DNA from: Octopus vulgaris
Lineage: Eukaryota
Length of the DNA stretch: 64,000 nucleotides
Assembly: GCA_951406725.2 (NCBI GenBank)
Contig: OX597820.1
Span: 94,426,001-94,490,000, forward strand
Reading direction: 5' to 3'
Position numbers and translations under genes: made by a program. The notes under the pieces are model-generated. The model saw only the letters and a list, made by a program, of their open reading frames with translations, did no database searches and was not told the DNA's origin. Below are positions 54,705 to 64,000 of the stretch, piece after piece; within the stretch, counting starts at the first letter, position 1; every line of letters begins with the position of its first letter.

Positions 54705-54775
54705 GTACGCGTGGTACTCGAACCCAGACCTCTTTGTTTACGCGGCCAAGTGTGCTACCGTTTACACTAGCGTAC
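54705..54775 (-). pseudogene. tRNA-like sequence (Thr-like; SINE head or pseudogene), 3 local copies
   Basis: GUACGC/GCGUAC acceptor-like stem, GGTAGCAC, GGTTCGAG; other copies at 54192-54270 (-) and 54818-54900 (+). Confidence 0.55.
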
Positions 54776-55316
54776 CAACTTGCATTTTTTTTTTATCACA
54801 TTTAAGAATTATAATTAGTAGGTTCACTAGTGTCATCGCTAGCACACTTGGTCTTGTAAACAAAGAGGTATGAGTTCGAGTAGCACGCGTACGGAAAACC
54901 TTCATTTACCTTTCTGAAGAGTTACGTCAATCCTTTTAAAATATTATTATTATTAGTGCAAGTTGGCAGAATTGTATCTAGCATTTCCTGTGACTCTTTA
55001 CGTTTTAGATCAAATCCCTCAGAAGTCACTCTGCTTTTCATCCCGCCTTAGGACAAAGTAAAGTGCCGGTCAAGTGCTAGGCGCGATAGTATCGACTAAC
55101 GACCTACCTTCACAATTACTGGCCTTGTGCCTAAATTAGAACCTATTGCTTTTGTTGTAATTGTTCTTGTTATTGTTGTAATTGTTTTATATAGTCATTG
55201 TTGTATTTCGGAATGGTCATTTTGCCTGTTTAGCCAATAAAAACACATGCACTATATATTTGGTGCTACTCTGCTTCAGTGTTATTTATTTTTTACATTA
55301 ATCTTAATCTTATTTC

Positions 55317-55361
55317 GGCCAGAGTTCTTTCGTCACACTCCTGTGACCACATCAGTGGTCC
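55317..55361 (-). ncRNA. Hammerhead-like fold with A9U core
   Basis: GGACCA-CUGAUGU-G-GUCACA-GGAG-UGUGAC-GAAA-GAAC-UC|UGGCC. Confidence 0.55.
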
Positions 55362-55501
55362 TTCGTTTTCTTCTCACTTATTTGTGTCTCTCCTTACTAA
55401 CCGTCAGCCATTTTGTATTTCTATTGTATGTGTCTTCGTTTTATATAGTCATATTTTACATAGCCATGTTTTACATAGTCATGTTTTGCTTTTTTGTTTA
55501 G

Positions 55502-55635
55502 TCCAATGAATATTCAATGGATTGTTATGGCAAAGGAAATGAATGACGTTATCGTTCTTGAGCTTGCTTACTCTGGAATGCCCCAGTCTTACAATTGCAG
55601 AGAAGCAGCCCTTCGGGTCTATGATAATGTATCAG
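55502..55635 (+). CDS. Multi-CUB protein exon w15 (CUB-E part 2)
   Basis: tag/gtaaa; PMNIQWIVMAKEMNDVIVLELAYSGMPQSYNCREAALRVYDNVS. Confidence 0.88.
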
Positions 55636-56366
55636 GTAAATATCCAGCTATTCATGCACTTAAAATACTTAGAGACGGAGTTGTAAGGAAAATTAATAGT
55701 AAAAGAGATGCTAATATACTTGATGAAATGAATCATAATGTTGAATTTAAATAACTTGCGCCATTAGAATTTATATCTTAGTATCCACTTTACTCCGCGT
55801 CGTCCGAAGCAGACTTCGTGTTTCTGCAGATTTAGAACCACTACGTTCTGAAGAAGAGAATTTGCTGTTATTTTGCTCCTCCAGCTGGTTTGATCCTCCA
55901 GCTTGTAATTCGCTGCAATCTGCATCCGATATATATTGCAAGCAGGAGACTGGACCCCTACCATATTCCAGACACCATACCACCAAACTGCACGTTCTCG
56001 ACATTTTTGTGGTCATCCTCGGTGGTGGATACTCGTCTACTAGAGATAGCAATAGTTCACTCTTGCTCGCGTTATACAGAAAATAAGTGAGAGACAGTCA
56101 CTGATTTTGTAACAAGCAAATTATCGAGATGATAAAATCTCCTTAAGAGATAAAAGCAATAAATACGCTGAGAAGCAAAGTTTATTGCCACTTAAGCATG
56201 GCTGTTTTCAGATTGCATGGAATAACCCGCTGGAGGAGGCGTCCTTCAGAGGTTAAAAAATAGCAGTAACGTCGGTTCCCACGGAACTGTCATGTTTAAG
56301 ACGTGATGAACGTTACTTCTCAGTATAGTTATTGCTTCATCTATATATAGCTAATTTCCTTGTGTG

Positions 56367-56406
<40 letters not shown>

Positions 56407-56765
56407 ATATATGTATATATATATATATACATCTTTGTATATATGTATTATATATATATACATCTTTGTATATATATATATATATATACATCTTTGTATA
56501 TATGTATATATAATATATATATATATACATGTATGTATATATGTACATATATATATATATACATGTATGTATATATGTATATATATATATATACATGTAT
56601 GTATATATGTATATATATATATATACATGTATGTATATATGTATATATATATATATACATATAATATCATGTATGTATATATATATATATATATGCATAT
56701 ACATATGCATGTATATATATATATATATGCATATATATATATATATATATATATATGCATATATA

Positions 56766-56812
<47 letters not shown>

Positions 56813-56847
56813 GCATATATATATATATATATATGCATATACATATG

Positions 56848-56882
<35 letters not shown>

Positions 56883-56908
56883 TATATATACATATATATA
56901 TATATATA

Positions 56909-56985
<77 letters not shown>
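56367..56985. repeat. Compound (TA)n satellite with CATG/TGCA interruptions
   Basis: About 620 bp of TA-based repeat. Confidence 0.95.
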
Positions 56986-56988
<3 letters not shown>

Positions 56989-57074
56989 AATGTATGTTTA
57001 CATTTGACAGAAATTTTGACCGGAATATTCCACTAGTATTCCTTGAGTTGGTGTTTATGAATGTATTCCATAAC

Positions 57075-57571
57075 AGGAATTTTCTACGCTTTGAGAATGG
57101 TCACTTTTTTCTTGAAGACCAGCTTCGTCCAGGAGGGACGTCGACCTCCCGAACGAATGAAAACATTATGAAAACTCATGAACTAATCTTGTAGGACCGT
57201 CACTGAACAATTGACAAACTTGTTGACACAACTGGGGCGTCCTGGAGCGCCTGCCAACGAATTTTGAACGAAAAATTGCGAATTAAAAGAGTTGCAGCAA
57301 AATTTGTGCCTCGCTTGCTCATGGAAGATCAAAAGTAGTCACGACTGAATGTGATGACGAAAGCTGGTGCTACAGAATTTGCAGATGTGGAAGAGACTAA
57401 GAAAAAAACGACAGAGGCGTTAAACGACATCCCTTCGGAATAGGTCCAGCACTACTTCGAGGAGTAGAAAACAAATGGAGAATACTTTGAAAGCGATAAA
57501 AGTGTAAATGTAAAACTAAGTGAATAAAATAATATTGCAAAATTCCGGTTTCTTCTGGGTACCCCCTCGTA
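57075..57571 (+). mobile_element. Mariner remnant (third family)
   Basis: RFENG..LED..R, VAAKFVPRLL, NGEYFE; terminal ...CCCCCTCG|TA. Confidence 0.75.
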
Positions 57572-57674
57572 TGTTTGCATTAATAATACTCGTATGGTTG
57601 TATTAATGCTCTAACAGTCTCTACATTAAACTTTATTCTTATTCTTTGCATCATTGTTGTTTTCTCATCGGCAG

Positions 57675-57824
57675 ATATTGAAACAGATAATATGATTGGT
57701 CAATTTTGTGGACCGAAAACTGTTAGTATAGTTTCTTCTACTAACAGAATGCTGATTTGGTACTCGGCGAACTGGTCAGCTCACAGTCGGGGTTTTATGG
57801 CGGTGTATTACTCAAAACAAAAAG
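57675..57824 (+). CDS. Multi-CUB protein exon w16 (CUB-E part 3)
   Basis: cag/gtaaa; IETDNMIGQFCGPKTVSIVSSTNRMLIWYSANWSAHSRGFMAVYYSKQK; in-frame alternative acceptor possible at 57687. Confidence 0.9.
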
Positions 57825-59636
57825 GTAAATAATATATAGTATTTTGTTTGTTTGTTTGTTTTTCAAATCTGTATACAGAGTATTTTCTGTGTATTTCCCT
57901 TAAACTAAGTGGTAAATAATGTAGCGGTTCTTTGCTGAGATAATATTAACACTTTAAGAATTGTGCTTTCAAGATTTGAAATATTACATTCCATAAAATA
58001 TGACATGTAATAGGCACTTCCCCCCCCCGTTCTCTGTGACATATAGAATGGAGATGATGCACATTATGAAATATCTATATAAAAAAAAAAAACTGTTACT
58101 GAATTTTTCTAACCCTTGGCGACACAGAATTATATCATAGAAAATATGTATTGCGGATATATTTCTACTTGAAATTATTAAGTTGACTAAACTCGATGTG
58201 AGACGTACAAAATGTTGTCACAAGTAAGATCTATTCCAACGTTGAGAAATGTGTATGAGTACGGACAAATGTATGTTCAAGTATGCATACACGAACGCAT
58301 ATAAACTCCTATGCAAATGTATACGTGTATGCATATCACATGCTCTGTATTCGTAACAGCGTAGGACTTTTCCTAGAATGGAAATGTTCACATATGTAAT
58401 GTTGCATTTTATATACAAAGACTAGCGAAATATTTACTACAATATTCTGTTACCCAGTAATCAAAATATGTAGAATCCTCTGTTCTTCGGACAGTAATGT
58501 ATGAAGATTAAGTTATTCTTTGGGCATCAATGTGTCAAATATTTTGGTACTGATTAGGAAAACGCGTAAAAGTACACAGAATATGAATCGTTGATTGGTT
58601 GATAAAAATCATTTTAATTAATTCACTTGTCAAAGAAATCAATGGGTCCGTGACTGCATCCTGATGAAGTCGCTCAGGCATGGTATAAAGTTCACCTTTT
58701 GCATGAAACAGTTGTTACAAAGTCATCACAGTTTCCTAAAGAAGCCTAGAATGCATTTTACATGGTGGAGGCTATCCTCAACTAAATTGTTTTGTTCACC
58801 ACTGACAGGTCTGAGTAAAATATTCCACTCACGCTTTAAAAGTTCTACCAAATTCTGTTGTAGCTGAATTACTGAACTTACTTCTGATTCCAGTAGTCAT
58901 TTCATGTTCGACATTTAGAGCAAAATAGTGAATGAAAGTTATCTTGCTTCTACATTCAAGTTCTTATTTCGATCTTATATTCCTAGATCCTATTTGAATC
59001 TTATATAACACCATCATATTGCTAGTCTTATTGGAATATGCTGTGCAAAGTCTGTCTTCTGTTTTTTTTTTTGTTTTTTTTGGGTTTTTTTTCAATTTGC
59101 AATCCAGAATCCTTTGCGTTGTGATCTTAAAATATTGTATGCTCTGCTACTACACTTTCCAATCTAGATATAATCGTAATCCAATTCAATTAACAAGAAG
59201 TATATTATATCCGCGATGAGGTCTATATCTGTTGGTAAAGGCATCTCCAAATCTACGAAAGCTTTTTAAAATCAGGTTAGATTGGGTAATTCGGTCCTTG
59301 ATAACCTTTGTCTGAAAATATAACAAACATAAGCTGACGGTTACAGCTGGAACACGTTTGATCATGGCTTAAATACTGTTGATCTAGTACAGCCTATAAA
59401 TTTAAAATTCAACTATTTTGCATTAATTTTTTTTTAAAATGCTTTATCATCATCATTATTATTATTATTATGGCAGGTGGCGAACTGACAGAGACGTTAG
59501 CACGCTGGACGAAATGCTTAACAGTATTTCGCCCGCCGCTACGTTCGGAGTTCATATTCCACCGAGGTCGGCTTTGACTTTCATCCTTTAGGGGACTAAT
59601 TATTATTATTATCATCATTATTATTGTTATTATTAT

Positions 59637-60942
59637 ATGTTTGATTTTTGCTTTCTATTTATACAAGTTAACTCCAACTATCACCCAGAGACCTCAATAG
59701 ACAACAAGTTAGAAGTTAAAGTTGGTGTTATGACTAGGGTGCATATATTTGGTTTTGCACAAAGTATTGTTCTAGAGAATGTTTAAGAAAACATAAGAAA
59801 ATTATAAGTTTGTTTGAAAATTTGAGTTTACATAGACAGTATTTTACGTAGCATATGGGCAATTCCCATGAGCACTATTTTTTGAATTTCAGCCATTTTG
59901 GGATTTCGTGATATCTGTGTTAGGTAGCAATCAGCTCCTTTTGCTATCATTCCTAAGGCACCTATGACAACAGGTATTGTTTTAGTCTTGAGATTCCACA
60001 TTTTGCCAATTTCTATTTCAAGATCTTTATATTTGCTCAGATTTTGGTAGATTTTGACAGATACATTTATATCGAATGGAACAGTCATATTGATGAGGAG
60101 GCATGATCTTTGTCTGAAGTCCTTCAATATAATGTCTAGCCTATTCACAGCTATCTTTCTGTCAGTTTGAACGGTGAAGTTCTAGAGGATTGAGATGTGG
60201 TCATTTTTAAGCACTGGAAGTGGCTTGCGTTCCCATCAGTTTTTATCATGGGGCAGGTCCAAGTTTTTGCAAATTACACAGTAATATACTGTGCTGCTCT
60301 ATCATGCCTGTTGAGATACTTTGTAGGCACAAGAAGACTGCAAATGGTGGCAACATGATCAATGGTTTCATTTTGTTGTTTACATACACAACATGTTGGG
60401 TTACTGCCGTTCTTTAATATGTTGACCTGGTAGGTCTTTATCAATAGGTATTGATCTTGGGCTGCTATGATAAACCCTTCTGTCTTTGATTTTTAAGCCA
60501 GAGAACACTAACCATTGACGGGTAAGGGCTCTGTCAACATCGGTATTATTAACTCTCTTTGGGTATTTGCTATTGAGAGATTTTTCATGCTATCTATCAG
60601 TAAGAATATCTAAGGCAGCAGTTTTAGCATGAGTTTTCATAAGCTTAGCCTTTTCTCTACTTGTTTCCAGTACGTCTAATTCTGGGATTTGTTGTATTTG
60701 GAATTCATTTAGATATTTCTTTGCCTGTTTTGTTACTGAGTATGATAGTTTCTTGTTTTCCTGCTTTAAAACAAGTTTTAACATCTAGTCATCAGCGTTT
60801 TTCAGGTAGATGTTTCGGTCAGTTGTGTCAATCATCGTTAATTCCAGTTGTAAAAGTCCACAACCAAGCTTTTTTCTTGGCATGTAAAGTCGTTCTATAT
60901 CTGCTTTTGGGCGGTGCATTCTGTCAACAATTTGTCAACAAT
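59637..60942 (-). mobile_element. Dong/R4 3' fragment, same subfamily as 37100-40347
   Basis: MLKLV...YSVTKQAK, EGFIIAAQDQ, KYKDLEIE...PVVIGALG; ends in (ATT)n. Confidence 0.9.
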
Positions 60943-61070
60943 TTCTTCTTCTTCTTCTTCTTCTTCTTCTTCTTCTTCTTCTTCTTCTTCTTCTTCTTCT
61001 TCTTCTTCTTCTTCTTCTTCTTCTTCTTCTTCTTCTATTATTATTATTATTATTATTATTATCATTGTAG

Positions 61071-61270
61071 GTACTAAAATTCCTCAGCAGTCTCTGGATC
61101 GAACTCCAATCATTTGCATCATTCTCATTGTGGCTGTGATCATATGTATTATTTATGTATTTAACTGGTATTGGCAGTGTTGTCGACACAACAAGATAAA
61201 CAGATTACACACTTGGAGGACCTCTCGAAAAAACTACCACAAATTCGACAACGATAATATTGAAGAGTGA
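61071..61270 (+). CDS. Multi-CUB protein last exon w17: transmembrane helix and cytoplasmic tail
   Basis: tag acceptor in phase with w16; TKIPQQSLDRTPIICIILIVAVIICIIYVFNWYWQCCRHNKINRLHTWRTSRKNYHKFDNDNIEE*. Confidence 0.82.
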
Positions 61271-61299
61271 TATTCAAAACACAAAAATATCATTTAAAA

Positions 61300-61386
61300 A
61301 ATAAACAAGAAGAAAGCAAACAGCAGCATAAGTAATTACATGTACAGATCTATAATTTTCACAATACAATACAAAACAAAAATAAA
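61300..61386 (+). promoter_or_regulatory. Candidate polyadenylation signals
   Basis: AATAAA at 61300 and 61381; weak evidence in AT-rich DNA. Confidence 0.3.
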
Positions 61387-61569
61387 GGATTATATATATG
61401 TGTACAAAGCTGATTAACTGAAATTTTCTGACGAAAATATTTTTGGTGTTGTTCCGAATAGACAAAATACAATTTTTGAGAGAGAAGGGTAAAACGCAAA
61501 TGAGTTAATTAAATGTATTACTGGTAATACAGTTCTGTATTTTTGAGATGAGAAACTCTGTACATTATT

Positions 61570-61801
61570 TACATTATTTACATTAGACGGAAACGTGTCC
61601 TTATCTTGTTTATTGTTACCACAACGTTTCGGCTGATTTACTCTCTAGCCTTCATCAGGTGTCGTAGTAGGATTTTGAACCCAGGATTGGGTTCAAAATC
61701 CTACTAGGACACCTGATGAAGGCTGCAGAGTAAATCAGTTGCAACGTTGTGGTAACAACAGACAGGATGAGGACACATGTCGATCTAATGTAAATAATGT
61801 A
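61570..61801. mobile_element. Palindromic element with two opposed hammerhead-like motifs
   Basis: Arms about 113 bp; flanking direct repeat AATGTATTACTGGT at 61512 and 61796. Confidence 0.85.
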
Positions 61802-62829
61802 TTACTGGTGTGTGAAATGAAAGAAAGTATCTGAAGAGCGAAAGAAAGTTTCCACTCCCGCGAAAATTGCACACAAGGGACGAAACTATAAATATTGAAA
61901 GACAATAGATTAACAATTCTGTCTTATTCTTTGATTCATTGTTCTTTCCCAAAACTGGTTTTAAACTGAAATATTAACAAACAGTAGAAAAGTTTTAGTT
62001 CTACTAACTCTATAGTAATGTTTCTGTTTTTCTGCTCTTCACATGCATGTGTATTTGCCAATCATCTGGTGGTGTTGTGTGTATCTGTATACATGCACAC
62101 ATCCGTGCATACATGTACACATGCATACATGCATACACACATACAAACACACATTCATACATGCATACATAGGAGGTATGCGTGTACGTGTTCAAACTTA
62201 AGTTTAGTAATCTGTTTAAAGGACGAAAAAAATCACCAGGAAACCATCGAAAAATGTCAATCCACAGAGCTGTGTATAAAATAGAAATACAAATAATAAT
62301 TAAGTTCTCTACTATTAATTCCGTTGTTACCGTATTGATAAATACGTTAGTTATTCACATAGATACAGAGCCACATGTGCAGTGGATTAATTTCAGCAGT
62401 TCCCGTCTGGCATTTATTTTATTGACTCCAAAAAATGTAAGGCAAAATTAACATTGTTGGAATACAAAATCAGTACATTCAGAGGAATTTAACTAAATAC
62501 TGTAAGGTACTTTGGCAAAACTTGTAACGATTGTGCTAAACCAAACGACTCTGCGTTAAGGATTATTATTAACTAAGGGTTTAACGATGAGTAAATAGAA
62601 ATTATAGAGATCTTGGCTAAACATTGTATAGTGTTATACTACTTTTTCCTTTGTAGACATTGAACTCCATCCAAGATTTATTTCTGTGAAGTTCTCTAGC
62701 AGAATGAAGCATATACCATTCAAGCAGATTAATTTTGGCTCACCATTGTATTAAGAAAACCAAATATAACACTAGTCACTCTTTCGAATCACAAAAATTA
62801 CGTTCGGGAAAAATTACGTGCTGAAAAAG

Positions 62830-63425
62830 AGTTGGGATGAGGAAGAGGGGAAGGAGGAGGGGGAGGGGGAAAGTAGAAGGTGGAGTAGGGGAAGGAGGGG
62901 GAGCTGTAGCAACAGCAGCAGGAGAAATAGGAGGATGAGAAGAAAGAAAATGAAGGGGAGGAGGAAGAGAAGAAAGATGAAGAGGAACAGAAGAAAGATG
63001 AAGAAGAAGGGGAGGAAGTGGAGGAAGAAAACGAAAAACAAGAATTGGTGGAGGAAGAGGAGAAAGAAGCTGAAGGGAAGGAGGAGGAGGAGAAAGAAGA
63101 AGAGGAGACGACGGAGAAGGAAGAAGAAGGGTTGGAGAGGAGTAGAAGGATGAAGAAGAACGAGAGGAAGAGGGGAAGAAGAGAGAGAAGAAGGAAGAAT
63201 TGAAGGAGGGGAAGAAGAAAATGGAAGGAGGAAGGGAGAAGATGAAGAAGGGGAAGAGGAGGAGGAGGAAGAAGAAGAAGGGATAGGAGGAAGAAGGGGA
63301 GTAGGTGGGGGAAGAAGCGAGGAGGAGGAAGTTGAGGAGGGAGGAGGAAAGGGATGGGAGGAGGTAGAGGAGGAGGAGGATGAAGAGGGAGTAGGGTGGA
63401 GGAGGAATGACGAGGAAGAGAAGAT
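62830..63425. repeat. Polypurine (GGA/GAA) low-complexity tract
   Basis: About 600 bp almost only A/G. Confidence 0.9.
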
Positions 63426-63727
63426 TTAATGAACGTGGAGGATGAAGACCAATATTTAAAGGTTTATTGGCTAATGTTGAATGCACAAATTGGCCAGTAG
63501 TGAATCCCAAAATTTGGAATGCCTTCTTACGGTTGTTTTGAGGGGTCGAATCATTTGTAGTGATTAATAAAAGTTCTCGTAGATTCTGTCTCTTCCATAT
63601 ATATATAAATATATATATATATATATTACGGAGGACCTGAATGAAAACAATTGCAGCGCGGAAGGTGTTTCTAAGCCATTTAAAACACACAAAAACCCTT
63701 AGATTCATTTCAACATTTAAATTTAAT

Positions 63728-63776
63728 TTGCCAAAATAGTTTCGTTGCTTTGAGATCGCGACCTGTTCACTGTCAA
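63728..63776 (-). ncRNA. Hammerhead-like fold with G3:C8 swapped core (copy 2)
   Basis: UUUGACA-GUGAACA-G-GUCGC-GAUCUCAAA-GCAAC-GAAA-CUAU-UU|UGGCAAA. Confidence 0.55.
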
Positions 63777-63849
63777 AATTCCGTGTTATATATATATATA
63801 TTTCTTTACTACCCACAAGGGGCTAAACATAGAGGGGACAAACAAGGAC

Positions 63850-64000
63850 AGACAAAGAGACTAAGTCGATCACATCGACACCAGTGCGTAATTGGTACTT
63901 AATTTATCGACCCCGAAAGGATGAAAGGCAAAGTCGACCTCGGCGGAATTTGAACCCAGAACATTTAACGGCAGACGAAATACGGCTACGCATTTCGGCC
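63850..64000 (-). mobile_element. SINE copy running off the window end
   Basis: TTTATCGACCCCGAAAGGATGAAAGGCAAAGTCGACCTCGGCGGAATTTGAAC. Confidence 0.88.

Noticed and set aside
55757-56330. GC-richer stretch with short ORFs on both strands
   Set aside because: No recognisable domain, termini or splice fit; left unassigned
62776-63816. 346-aa minus-strand ORF
   Set aside because: Stop-free only because of the polypyrimidine low-complexity tract

Overview
AT-rich, microsatellite-dense animal genomic DNA; the SINE/LINE complement points to an Octopus (cephalopod) genome (inference). The window holds the 3' part of one + strand gene. Seventeen GT-AG exons (3005-61270, 2180 nt, one continuous frame) encode the last third of one CUB domain, five complete CUB domains (three exons each, intron phases 1-2-1-1), a transmembrane helix and a short cytoplasmic tail with a YxxF motif. 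The 5' end lies upstream of the window. Introns are filled with decayed transposons: mariner, Tc1, Tigger, Chapaev3-like, hAT MITE, Helitron, CR1-like and Dong/R4 LINEs, Penelope-like (PLE) fragments, a solo LTR and many tRNA-derived SINEs. The most unexpected signal is a set of about a dozen minimal type I hammerhead-ribozyme folds from several unrelated repeat families. Two are fully canonical and sense-strand in the same intron. One two-copy family has a compensatory G3:C8 core swap. A double-hammerhead palindrome lies just past the stop codon. All structures were read by eye; nothing was computed or searched.
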